Source: Catajapyx aquilonaris (lineage: Eukaryota). From it: DNA of 64,000 nucleotides. The stretch spans positions 1 through 64,000 of the forward strand of contig KZ538021.1 of NCBI GenBank assembly GCA_000934665.2. The letters run 5' to 3'. Numbering within the stretch: position 1 is the stretch's first letter; the number at the start of each line of letters is the position of its first letter. Below are positions 1 to 12,720 of the stretch, in pieces. The position numbers were made by a program, and so were the translations under genes. The notes under the pieces were generated by a model. The model had not been told where the DNA came from, did not search any database, and saw only the letters and a list, made by a program, of their open reading frames with translations.

Positions 1-2354
1 ATGGTAACATCGCCAGGCACTTTTAACTCTGGTGGCCATGGAAAGCATCAGGTCGTTTATGGCGTAATCAACGTGGCTTATGCTTATCATCGGCTGAGCA
101 CAAAAAAAAAACCATTATATTCCAATATAACCGAAGTTATTTTTGATTGGTTCCAGTATGGCGTGATAAGGCTGAATTTTTATGATATGTCATACTAGCA
201 AATGGCAATATCTGAAAGATAGATCTTCGGGTGCATAACCTTTCAAGTATATTTTTTTTTCAGCAGATAATTAACGACGCCCTTATACCTCTGCAAGGCG
301 ATTAATTATCCGCATAATTGCAGACTTGTAGATTCAACGGGGCAGAATCGCATTTTCTGCTAATGACAAATGCATCCATTTTTTTCCTCTCTCCCTTACC
401 TGGTAAGGTAGCGCTCCTAACAAGATAAGACAAATAATTAATTCTGGCAAGTGTAAACGACTTGAGAAGAAAAGAGGTTCCAGACTCCCCCCCCAGACCG
501 ACGCCTAAATGACTTGTTATTTATTTTAATAAGCGAGACCTGAGCTCCCGAGCTGAATGCATCCTTCCAAACGCTTGTCTTGACATGTCACATGGACGAG
601 CCGGTAACAAATGCGAGGCTCTAATGAGAACCCAGGAAGCCATGATCACAATTGTGATTCGAGCTCACTCGTCACGATTGCGTTTCGTTTTTCTTCTGCA
701 CCCTGGAGGGATTACCAGGTCTCGATGGTTTTGTTGGGGATATTTTTTTCTCTCTCCCTCCAACCCTCCCCTCACATGGTGTCACTACAAATTAAGCCGT
801 CAGGCTATTAATACGGACATGATTAATCATCGATTTTAACTGGCCGTAAAAAGCTATACCGGGGAAAACTTGACGTACACGTCAATTAAAATATAATTCT
901 GCCGTACATGCACAGCAGGATATATACTTTACGAGAATTACAACACAAAATCTTTGCCTACAATTCACAATAACATGCAACACATACGAGTACCCATTTG
1001 CGTTCATATAGGCTACAACCCGGACCTATACTCACAAACTGGTCTGAGATTTTGTCTCTAATTGTCTTTGTCATCGTTAAGAGTACAAAAGGGGCTTATT
1101 CACATCTTGTTATATACTCGAGTCCCCAGTGTACCACATCAAAATTAATTTGACACATGACACGATGCATTTGGTTTACAGCCGGGGACGCGCACAATTT
1201 GTTTCTGTGACCCCGTTTCGAGAATGATCTTAATCAGTGTCGTACCAGGTCTGTTGGACACGGTTTGTTCCCATTGTCGCAGGACCTTCTGAATAGGAGT
1301 AGGTGGCAATAAAAAAAAGGAGAATGACAAGAGGTCACCCTTTTTTTTCCTGTCTGAATCTTTTATTCCTATTGGGTCAAAAGGCAGCAGGCAGTTGGCT
1401 ACGACCACCTCTTCATTACTCGGCTGAAATGCACATAATGGAGGCTAACTCGGGCTTAAATGATGCGCAATGGCGCTGAATGTGCGGCTAATTTTGAAAG
1501 GTGGCCCCTCCGACTCCATATTTCCTTCAGGCCTGACAATGGCCGCCGACTTCATCGAAAGTTCGTGCCGACTTCATTATTCACTTCCCAGCCACTGGTT
1601 TCGTCCAAAAGGGGGGTTGTCCCCCCTAGGTTCTGCTCCAAGGATCTGGGGACAACAGAAGGGTCACGACTGCCAACTTTGACTTGGATTGTAATGATCT
1701 GGCGGTTATGCACAATTTTTCACATAACGTGCATCGTGCGCGTTAAAATGTGCTTTAAATGAATTTCATTATTGGAGTGATTTGTGTTACACCCTGTACG
1801 TATATATATCCAGTGTGTGGTACGCCTGCTTCTCTCTCCATGTTCCCTTTTGATGTCTCCCCCTTTGCAGCGACCAATCTCCGAAACGAGCAGAACATCC
1901 GCGATTTCATAGGCGAACAAAGCTTGACGCATTTAGTCCATTGGGCGACAACACAGAAGCGGCTGCATGGCTTTTCAAAACTCCCAGAGACTTGATGTAT
2001 TACCTGAGGGTCTCTCTCCCCCCCTTCCATTTTAACTGGTGATGTATCTATTTGGGGAGGACCTTTTCCAGCTATATAGGAAACAATCGAAGGGGGTTAT
2101 ATGTGTTGCTGTTGGGTTGAGGTCTGTTCACATTGTGTGTCCCCCCTCTGGATTCAGTTGATTTTTCAAAAATTTGGAGCGTCTCTGCGGGTGGTGCTCT
2201 CCACAAACATGGGTCCCAGCCCATGTTCCTCTCTGTGTATTATTGACTCCCGGTCCTATTGTTGAGACTATGGGTCGTGCGACCTATTCATGGGAAGCTC
2301 AGACTTTTGGATTGTGTCGATGGCGCCTGTTCGCACCACTTGGCCCAATGTATA

Positions 2355-2493
2355 CTATAACACGCAAAAAGATTGTCGCGCTGTGGTGTCCGCGACTTTT
2401 TGTTTTCCTCTCCTGCCGCAAGGGGCAGGAGAGTAAACAAAAAGTCGCGGACACCACGTGGATACAGTGGGACAATCTTTTTGCGTGTTATAG
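2355..2493. mobile_element. 139-bp foldback MITE with TA target-site duplication (Tc1/mariner-type non-autonomous element)
   Basis: Termini TA|CTATAACACGCAAAAAGATTGTC ... GACAATCTTTTTGCGTGTTATAG|TA form a perfect 23-bp inverted repeat. An inner inverted repeat is also present (2383-2405 with 2435-2457; 2408-2417 with 2424-2433). TA flanks at 2353-2354 and 2494-2495. Confidence 0.85.
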
Positions 2494-5400
2494 TACTATA
2501 AAAAATTATCTCTCTGTCCCATTTCGTAGGGTGCTTTTTTCGCCCATATAGTAGCAGCTTAGAGCGGGTAAAAACCTCCTGGAAGCCCCCAAACGTGTGA
2601 GGCGGACTAAATGGAAGCATTTTGGCACTCAATTTCTCACTGCTACTGCCCTCCCCTGTCAACAGAGCAAAGCTGCTGCGGTGCTCCCATTATGGATTTA
2701 AAGAGGAGAGTCTTCCCAAAGTGCTGGCCTACCCATATTGCATTCATGAAAGATTCATATGGTGAGGGAATCTGGCGGTAATCTCCGCACTTTTTTCCAC
2801 CCCTCTCGGTGTATACAGTGCTGGCCTGGCATATACATATAACCCACCCAGAGCAGGGGCCCCCCGGTTTTTCATTATTCCCCAGCAAGCTTGCCAGGCT
2901 CAAGCTTCGGAATCCCATCCTGGACACCACGTAATGAAAAGCACGAAAGGCTCTACTGGGGGATATAGCATCAATTTACTTTTTTTAGACACATCCTGGA
3001 ACAGTGAAGATCCGGACTATTGCCAATCAAAAAAAAGGGGGGCACGCATGAATTTACGAGCAAGTTATTTGTGGTGTCGACCCGAAAAATTCGTGATCAC
3101 TCTTACAAATATAGAATTGTTGGCCTGAAAATGTTCGACCGGATCTCTGGAGTTGTTACCCTCTCTTAATAGTGGAATGCAGCTAAAATGCGCATAAAAA
3201 TATTTCATCTGCAAACCACTACATCCTGTCTTACTGACACACAATGCCGACACCACAAACAAACATACCCCTTTTTGCTTATAATAGTTATTACATGCCC
3301 AGGCTATGCCACACGAGATAGCGAAGAAAATGACCTTCACAAATATTGTTCCCGCACGTGGAGGAAATCCAATAAGTTTATCGTACCCGCAAAAAAGTCG
3401 TAAATAATATGCCCCTTTGCAGTTATACCAACGCAAATGTGCATCCTGTACAACAGTGCGACATTTGCGAATTTAACCGGCGGTTTAGGTCAGCCGGTTT
3501 GAGGAGTCAATGACTTTAGAGGTCAGATAAAAGTGGCTATCAGCAGCCTGATTAGTTAACAATAAGCAATGAAAAAAAAATGGGAACTTTTGTGTACTCT
3601 CAATCGTTGTGTTTGTAATTACGTTGTGCACAATGCGACCAAATGAATGTTTTTATTTGGCTATAGTTAGCACCCGGCATAATATTTCCCACAGAATGAG
3701 CTCGAATGATAACCGATTGGGGGTATAGCCCAAAGTTTTATAGCACAACAATGAGCAATAAATATTACGCAGAAACGGGCATAATATGAGTCCCCCCCCC
3801 CCCCCCCACATTTTGGCAAATGGCCTGGGGGATGGGCAGGATTTTCCAACCCCCCTTCTGCCATCTTTTATTGCCCGGCGAGTCGCAGTTTCCGTCGCCT
3901 GCTGTAATGTGAACTCCGGGCCGACACATTCCGGGGGGCGAAAAATGTCCGGATTGTCCGGATAAAAAAAAATCTATTTTTTTATATAACGGTCACCGTT
4001 GGCCTTATATTCAGTATTATTTATGGCATATTTAACTCTTCTAATTTTACGGCACGTTCTGGTAATGCTTCCCACGGGGGTGGTTTTAGGAGGCGAAAAT
4101 TTGGATGATTTCCACCAGTCGGGCCTCGAAAGCTGGCACAATCGCATTCTTATTGGTCACGGAGGGACCCTCTCCCGACTGGAATTTAGAGGAGAATTTA
4201 GAGTAGTTTTGGGTAGACTGCTGGGAGGCCCAATTTTACCACCAGGAATTAAGCTTTCTTGGGTCTCTCCAGAAGTCTCCACTTGGTCTCTTGTTGTAAT
4301 AAAAAGACACACTGCTGCTACTGGAGTCGAAAGAGACGCTGGGAGACACAAATTTTGTGGGGGTCTAAATCCGCCCAAGTCGTTTGGAGCATTAGAAGGC
4401 CCATTTCTTCACATTTTTTTTTTTTTGAAAAAAGTAGAAATTTCCAGCAGATGTGCGACTCATTTGGGTGTCGGTTGCAGCCTATATTCCCTTCCAAAGT
4501 CCAGAACCGCTTTTGTGGGAGAAGTGTTTACACTTCATCCTCCGACTCCTCCCGGGGCTGTTTTGATTGTAAACGGCTTATTTGATCAAGTTTAAAGCGG
4601 GCTATTTTGCCTTGATTAGATCCCTAAGAAGGAACACGACGGCTCCATACAAGTCAAGTCACTTCAGAGAGCGAGAGAGCCAAGGGACAGATTGTCCCTT
4701 TAACTCGATTATGTTTATGCTGTGCTGGCCAGGTCTTAAGCATGAATAGGGAAGTTTGGGAAAGGCCCCCAGAGGCAGCAGGATTTTGGCTTTTGTTGGA
4801 TATAAACGAAGAGAGACTTGGGAGAAATGGACACTGGGGGAGGCTAATGCTGACCTTTTTTCCAGCAGAGAAGAGCATCACAATGACTTTCTAATTCCGC
4901 TGCAAATAGTTTGTCACATGACCTAAAAATCAGCGCATGATCTTTTTGTTGTATATGTCGGTGTTTCGTGTCCGGTCCTCTCAAAAAATCTTGTCAAACC
5001 CGCACAAAAGTCGCGGGCCAACAATTTCTCAAAAAAAAACGGTGAGTTATGCGAACGTCGGAAATCTGTTTGTGTCCCAGGACATCTTTCTTCCACCATT
5101 TTTATTGCGAGGATTTTTCTCGGGGTGTTATTTTTTTTTTCCTTTCTTTTCGACCCGGTGATCCATCTTCAGGCTGCGGGTTCCTGTCATATAATGTGCA
5201 AGGTAACTGATGCTGACCTCTCCAACACCACCGGATAGTTTAACCATAGCACTATCATATTCTTTGACGCACAAATCGACATTTGAGGAGCTATCTATAT
5301 TGACGATATTTATTTTTAAAGTGCGCGAAGGGCTGTTGAGGGATGCAAAAACAATCATTTTTCAAAACTCCGCCCCTGCGATCCCACGTCAACAAAACAA

Positions 5401-6113
5401 ATTATCAACGTCACAGTGGCCAAAGTGATACTTATCGAAGGGGCTTTTCTAAGATTTATCTTCCGGAACCATCTCTTCACAGCCCAGTTTTGTTAGGTTG
5501 TGAGACGTTGCCGCGACGATCACAATTTCAGATCGTATTCGAGACGGCAAAGAGTTAGGAAGGAACTTTGGCAACATGGGAGATGGTCCCCAACTTTTGT
5601 GACAATGGAATTCCTTACGAGAAAAGTTCGAATGTGACAGCCGAGTCAGTCTGTGGGTCTGGATGACATTTTTTTTTCTTTCTTCTTCTCCTCTCCCTTC
5701 GATCCTTTTTGTCTCCTCCCCCGGTTCCTCTTTCAGACCTTGGCTCTAATGTCGAGTAACATGACAAAACGACACCGACCCCTAAAGTCGGTCTTTATTG
5801 GGAGGGAGGGGGGGGGGGAAATATTTATTACTCGGACACTTCCAACAGTTGCCAGTCATGATGGAAAGAAACGCCAGTCGACACAATGGAGCAGGAGTCA
5901 CCGGTGCTCGTGACTAATATAAATCATTACTATCATACACTTGATTGTGCTGCTTCTGTAAGAAGGACCCTCAGGAATTCCATCTTGTGAGAGACAAAAC
6001 TTCCTGCCTTCCCTTTTTTTTATCTCCTCTCACGTCGTACCGGGCTAACAAGCAGCTTCATTTTTCTGAATAATTACCTGTAAGGTCGCTACCGGTATAC
6101 CTGAAAGCTACGT

Positions 6114-6212
6114 TCATTAATCCTCCGTTTCTTCTAACAGGTAAGGTACCCCCCAACTCTGATCTGTGTCGCCGATTCTTCCACCAGAAAATATGGTCCG
6201 CAACTGGTAAGT
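6114..6212 (+). other. Candidate recursive splice site (AG|GT at 6140/6141) with a 66-nt cryptic exon (6141-6206)
   Basis: Branch-like CATTAAT, then the pyrimidine tract TCCTCCGTTTCTTCTAACAG directly abutting GTAAGG. A second donor CTG|GTAAGT starts at 6207. Motif evidence only. Confidence 0.4.
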
Positions 6213-6314
6213 ATTGTTATTTGTTATCTCCATTTTTGTGACACTGAAACATGTGCCCGTTGTATATATGGACGCATCAGCATAGCCTATAGAAATACAC
6301 GAAGTTCATGCATA

Positions 6315-6756
6315 TACAGTTGGGACAGGGAGCATATACTACATAAGAGGCGCAAACATTCGATTTCCGCGTCTCTCTGTCTGGGGCGTTGCCAAGGCTG
6401 GCGGCCATTTTGAAGTGTGGGCAACGCCAACGAGGTATAAATAGAGTACAGGCAAAAATAGGGTCCGCCATCTTTGATTCGCGCGTGTTCTTGCCGTGTA
6501 GTTGCCATGGCCGCCAAAACCATCAAAGATGGCGGACCCTATTTTTGCCTGTACCCTATTTATACCTCGTTGCCGTTGCCCACACTTCAAAATGGCCGCC
6601 AGCCTTGGCAACGGCCCCAAACAGAGAGACGCGAACATCAAAGGCGCCGACAGAAGTTTGCGCCTCTTATGTACATATGCTCCCTGGTTGGGATATAACA
6701 GACTTTCAAGGGACCGCGAAAAAAGTTTGTTATAACCGAGATCTGTTATAGCCAAC
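6315..6756 (+). mobile_element. pogo/Tigger-like element end interrupted by the P-like MITE
   Basis: Removing 6326-6686 and one TSD copy restores TACAGTTGGGATATAACAGACTTTCAAGGGACCGCGAAAAAAGTTTGTTATAACCGAGATCTGTTATAGCC. This has a TA|CAGT terminus and repeated TATAAC/GTTATA subterminal boxes of pogo/Tigger style. The other end was not found. Confidence 0.55.
6326..6686. mobile_element. Foldback MITE copy 1, P-element/Galileo-like (361 bp, 7-bp TSD GTTGGGA)
   Basis: Starts CAGGGAGCATATAC and ends TACATATGCTCCCTG. Imperfect inverted arms of ~150 bp surround a short spacer. Direct repeat GTTGGGA at 6319-6325 and 6687-6693. Confidence 0.9.
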
Positions 6757-8174
6757 TTGTTCTCATGTGGTTTGACTCATTATTGCATAACACTGTCCAA
6801 TTAAAACTTAGGTAGCGACAAATAATTTAATAATATTTGGAAGGATGCGCTGCTTCATATCCGGTTGTGTCACCAGATAAAATTATTGTTGCCAATAGTC
6901 CGGAAAAGTGGTCAATAATACAGCATGGATCGAAACTCTTTTTTGACACGCTGCTCATCCGCAGGGGTCAGATAGGGACTGGTGATGGTGCGATCCCCCT
7001 CCACTCAACCCCATCAACCCTCCATTACTGGAAATTGGCCCGCCATTGTAATCCCATTAGGTTGTTGTTACGCTTGAGAACAGCCGCCAATCTAAATTGG
7101 TGCCTTTATTCAAACCAAATATTGTGTTAGCGGGGAGGCGATAACCGTAGCTATTCATTTGGGCACCCCCCCTCTGCTAAGCCCATGGACCCAGCTTTTG
7201 ACTCAGATGAGGTCCAGAGGGTGATGTGCACAGGGTGTTCCGTAAGCTCCAGCTTCTTATATCAATGTAAACATCCACAAACTGTGAGTCGGATGACAGT
7301 TTGATTTACTGGGTCTGATATGAGCTGAAATGTTGCAGCAAACCTGGACGATTGTATTTTTTTGGAGCGTTTGGGTGGTCTTGATGTGTGTAGGAAGCAG
7401 CCATGATGATGGACGATGAGCCAGCAGGTGCAAGGGACAAAACCTACGCGAGATTTTTATAAGCGGTGCTCTTAATTGGAAGAGACAAGTGGCGGGATTT
7501 TACAATTTTCAAAAAAAAAAAAAAAAAAGCCAAACTTCTGGAATTTGACAACTTTTTCTTCGCCCCTTCCAAATTAGAGGGGGGGCCTGGAAATGGTTTC
7601 CAGAACTGTAAGATGAATCCATCCTCAGTTTCCAGTGGAGCGTGAAATAACTCCACTGATTTTTCACGGGCTTCGTTTCAATTTTCACCATGGTCTGGAA
7701 GCTTTAGGGGAGGGAAAGGTTCAGGCAGCAACGCAGCCATTTGGGTCTCTCATGTTTTGAAGGGTGAGGTCAGGGGCTGCGAAAATCAACTTTGAGGGTG
7801 GTCAGTAACGCGATTTTCTGGATGGGCACGTCCCTCATTTTTCATTCCTTTCGAAGGTTTTTGGGAGAGCAGGGCTGCTTGTTGCTGGGGTGTGTTTTTC
7901 GGGTCCAAGGAATTTTTGGCTGTGGAAAACAAACACCCCAGTTTGTGATTGGTGGTTGACATTCGGGGAGATGTCACTGACTTACCTTGCGGCTCTTGCG
8001 TTGCTTTGTTTCTCCAGGCAGAGATTGATTTTTGGGCTTCTGTTTTTAAATTTTTTGGGGACGCTCACTCTGAAGGTTAGGTATACCGGACACCGATAGG
8101 TTGTAGTTAATTTGGATCAAAAAACTGTAATTACAATGCTTTCTGGAATGCGATAACATCTCTCATAGTATAAA

Positions 8175-8507
8175 CAGGGAGCATATATACTACATAAGGC
8201 GCCAACATTCGATTTACGCGTCTCTCTGTTTGGGGCGTTGCCAAGGCTGGCGGCCATTTTGAAGTGTGGGCAACGCCAAGGAGGTATAAATAGAGTACAG
8301 GCAAAAATAGGGTCCGCCATCTTTGATTCGCGCGTGTCCATCAAATATGGCGGACCCTATTTTTGCATGTACCCTATGTATACCTCGTTGGCGTTCCCCA
8401 CACTTCAAAATGGCCGCCAGCCTGGGCAACGGCCCCAAACAGAGAGACGCGAACATCAAAGGCGCCGACAGAAGTTTTCGCCTCTTATATGTAGTATATG
8501 CTCCCTG
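8175..8507. mobile_element. Foldback MITE copy 2, P-element/Galileo-like (333 bp, 7-bp TSD GTATAAA)
   Basis: Closely similar to 6326-6686 in the same orientation, with the central spacer ~30 bp shorter. Termini CAGGGAGCATATA...TATATGCTCCCTG. Direct repeat GTATAAA at 8168-8174 and 8508-8514. Confidence 0.9.
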
Positions 8508-11399
8508 GTATAAACTAGAAAGTTTGTTGACATATATGTTTGTCCGGGTTACCTAACCCACTTCTGGACTACTGAGAGTGCTGAATTTTGGCACACTGAT
8601 GTGTTTGCTAAACGTGCCGCGGATTCAGGGAAAAGTCCGAATCCCTCACTTTTTGAGTATAAATAGCCAAAATGTATATATAAAAAAATTTTTTGCGATG
8701 TTTTGTTTTTAATATGCACCAAGATGGCGTTCCCAGAGGGTTCCTTCCCCACATTGTCTTTTATAAGAGGGAAAGTTTGTTTGTTTATCCATATCATCGT
8801 GGTTTCCATGGCATCAAAACACAACGATTGATTGTTGTTGATTACATTACAATGGACACAGGCCGTGCTAGTTTGAAATAAGCACATTCCTTACTTTCAG
8901 AAAAAAAATCAGTCTTGGTCTAATGAGGACCTTTGGGTCTGGTTTCTTCCCCAAAAAGTTGGAAACTTTCCACATGGCTTGAGGTTAGGGTATAATAGGA
9001 GGGTTGGCTCTTCATTCTTCCCAGGCTGGGCCGAAGGGTAATTAGGACCTATTTAGAGCCTATTAGGCCAGGGCACCGGGGCTGGAAGACTGCGGGGTGC
9101 CTGCCTAAGATGGACACTTGAAAGAGGAGAAGGCGCCAGTGGTGTACAGCTGGAAAACCAATCAGTCTCAGTCGGAAGCTTCGGGCACTTTTCAAAGGTT
9201 TGGGTTTCTTTTTACAGCAGCAGGGTGGCAGAGTTCCTCTAACAAGTGTCCAGAAGCATGTTCGACGATTATTATTTTCAAATATTTCCCAAGAGCAGAA
9301 GCGATGAATGCGCGTGTGTCTTTGACACCACCAACAGGGTGTTGCATAAAGCAAAGCAGCGTGCCAGGACAGTGGTGGATCTCTCCATTTAGTAGACAAG
9401 CACGAATCGGACAACAATGGTCCGGACAAAGATTTAGGGTCTGGGAGGGGTCTTAATGGGCAGGAGAATGGGGGGAGGAAGGTAAGAAGAAGCTGGAGTC
9501 CATAAACCGCAGTCTTCTCAGCGAGGAGTCTTTCTTGAAGGATACAAGAGTACAGAGAAGAAGTCTCTGAGGGACCACCCAAAGAGGCCCTTGTCGGGAC
9601 CTCAATCCCTTGTTTTGCTGGTCATCATGCTTTAAAACCTTTTTGGCCATTTTGTCACTCGATCTCTGCCAACTTTAGCACCTACACACGCACGGACTGA
9701 AATAAAGCTCTTGAAAAGTTTTGAAGACGCCATCAGCCTATGTTTTTTTTGCACGTTATGCGTAATGGCCATATCCCTAAGAAAATCCAGGCATAAGCCC
9801 ATAAATTATCTGCAAGTGTATATAGTGGATTTTTGGGTGGTTCCAAGGGGAGGTTGTGCAAGGTGGCCTCCAAAGTTGAAATGGTCCAGAAGGTTGTGGG
9901 TTTTTTTTCTGATCTTTCTCCCCCAGCTCTCTCTCTCTCTCTCTCACAAGCCGGAGAGCTGCAAAGTCCGAGTCATATTTCACACAGACATAAAAATCTC
10001 GAGGGAGCTCATTTGTGAGTTGATTAAGAAGCAAATGCTGCTTTCGTCAGGCCGGCTGATGCAGAACGTATCAATGGCCCGGTTCAGGATTTTTATGAGG
10101 TCAATGTTTGCCTGCGTTCATATATACATGTGCCGATGTGGTGATGAAAAATGGGGAAATATCGTCGACCATTTTGTTCGCATTTATGACTCCCATGTTT
10201 TTCCTCCTTTTAGTATGTCAAGTTCGCCATATGCACAACCTCCCAAAAAAAGACATGAATAATGTGCAAAGTACCAGTCGCGCAACTTGGGAATCCGAGG
10301 CAGATACATTAAGAAACGCATAAGTTTCTGTCCTTCGCTGTCCGGCTTGAGTAGATAAGAGTTAAAATATGAAATATCCTGAGGATGCTGAAGAAGAAAG
10401 AGAAGAAGAGAAAACGATTGCGATGAGGAATAAAAAGGAAAAGAAAACCGGGTGTTATTTATGCTGGTAACATTTTGTGCCCGGTCTTTTCGTTCGTCAC
10501 CAGCACTTGGAAAAGTGAAGCAATCATCAAAAGGCATCTGGAAAACACATGTCCAAACTCGTACTTTATGGACCATTTGTTTTTCATTTCATATGAGCTC
10601 CAGAATTTTTGAAGGGGGAGAAAATCTTTTTCGTTTTAAGAAGAAGAAAAAAAACGTTTGAGAGAGGGTCCTAAAAAACAATAAATTTTGGATCTAACCT
10701 TCCGGAAAGTAGTCCCCCCGACTTCATTAGTACACAAACAAGCCAGTCCTTTGAAAGCAAAATAGCTTTTTTTGAAATGAAAAATATGGCACCCCATCGG
10801 GTTCAACGACACCGTGTCCCGAAGTATAATTAGGTAGTTTTGACCACTGTAAAGAGTTGACTTTGGAGCCCGGTTATCAGGAAACAATAAATTTCTTTCA
10901 CTCTCGACTGTAGCACCCTTCTCCCCTCATGGGAATGGGGCTGAGTGTGGAAATTTACAGCGGTAGAGAAATAAAGCAGCTAAACCCCTGAACCTAAACC
11001 CACGATAACTCTAATAGAAGGGGGGCGAGCTCCTTTTTCGTGCCATATTATATACCGGGTGTCGGTTAGTTGCCTCGTATTTTTGGCTCTGGGGATATTA
11101 CTACTTGGAGGGGAAATTACATCTTTCGTATCCTTTGAAGGCGAACTCAAGGAGTTAAACTATTGACCCTTTTCTCGCCAGAAGAGCCCACCCCCACAGT
11201 ATATGGGAAAAAAGATTTTTTATTCTTCTTCTCAAGAACATGTAAGTGACCGCAGGTTAAATCGTTTGGGTGTATTATTTTACACCACGGTTGTGTGTAG
11301 AGGAAGTGGTAGAAAACAGATGGCTACTTTTGCTTTTATGTTTGTAATCTGATTGTAGCTTGTGTACAGCAGGAATAATCAACACAGATTTGTAGAGAT

Positions 11400-12720
11400 A
11401 TTTATGATGCCGAGTACAATGTTAAGAGCGAATATGGGTTCTGGTGGCCTGTTACTGCGTAAAATTTGTAAAAACAATAAATCTTAGCATGTTACAAATA
11501 TGTATGTTAAAAATTTCTGTTTCAATTCACCCCAACAAGGACAACTGCTGTTTTTAAATGTAACTCCCATTTTCAACGTCCAACGGGTTAATAGCAGCTT
11601 AATTTTGGTTATTAAAATATTTGAAAGGCAGAAATAGTTGCGAATTTGGCAGTTTTATTCAAAATTACATTTATGTCATAGCCACTGGCACTGTGTAGGT
11701 CTGCCTAGAATGACCCTAAAATAAAAATAAGCTACTGATTTCCTCAATTGAAAATCCAATTGATTTTTATTAACAATCATACCAGCAATGCTTAGCTAAT
11801 TTTAAATAATAATGGTATTCCATTAAAACGTTTAAAAACTCAATTTTTGCGTGTCCCGTGCAGATACAACGAAGGATTTTTCGCAAAAAATGTAAGAAAT
11901 TTTCATGTGCAGCGATTTTCAGTTTAGATATCTAAAATAATATTACTTACCAAACAACACTGCATTCCATTGCACTGTGCTCATCAAAGCTATCAGTATA
12001 TCACACAATTGAATCAACAAACGGTTTGTAGTTTCTAATAAAATTGCCCCAAAATAACTGACTATATATACTCATCAACAAATTTATTTATTTTTTTAAA
12101 ACCAATTGTGTCTACTGGCAAGTCACAGAGAAATTACTTAACTCCTGCAAAAACCCTATTTTCATGTCTTTCAATTTTTAAACTGACAAAAAATTCAACA
12201 TTAAATGTTAAATATGTTGAAAAATTCAATTTGTTTGTATTTTAATGTCGCTTTTAACCCTGTTTTACTGTAATATATCTCGAATAACAGCAATTAGAGG
12301 CCGGTGCACTGCCCCGTTGACAATCCTGTAGCGGGGATAAGAAGCACGGGTTGTTTAGGCCGAGCGGTTTAGGCCTACCCCAGAAATTGTTTAAAAAAGC
12401 AAGAATCACACCAAGTGACATTATCTCCGATATTTCTCATCACGTATTATCATCTTTACAATATGCAGTCCCTATATAAGTTGTTAAAATGTGTGGAATG
12501 CTACTTACTTAAAAAAATATTGCACTCTCACAGTTTTATTTACTGTACATTTCTCATACTTTGCACGTAATATACCGCAGTAAACCTACATTCTAAAGTG
12601 ATGACTACAATAATTTTTTAACAACTTACAGTGAGCATATAACATCCAGTCAGAGAGGAAGTGAGAGTATAAGAGACTACAAATTTGCTGCAAATAACTT
12701 ATTAGCTTTCACCGCAGCAG
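11400..12720. repeat. AT-rich block of probable decayed DNA-transposon sequence, including a piggyBac-like terminus at 11587
   Basis: Visibly more AT-rich than its flanks and free of listed ORFs. TTCAACGTCCAACGGG|TTAA (TTAA at 11588-11591) fits the piggyBac GGG|TTAA end. No partner end found and boundaries are approximate. Confidence 0.3.

Noticed and set aside
3999..4595. Longest ORF (198 aa)
   Set aside because: Non-ATG start, runs through homopolymer tracts and has no recognisable domain. Consistent with chance.
6277..8556. Near-identical overlapping ORFs (MADPIFACTLFIP...) on both strands
   Set aside because: Artefact of translating the palindromic MITE arms, not a gene family.
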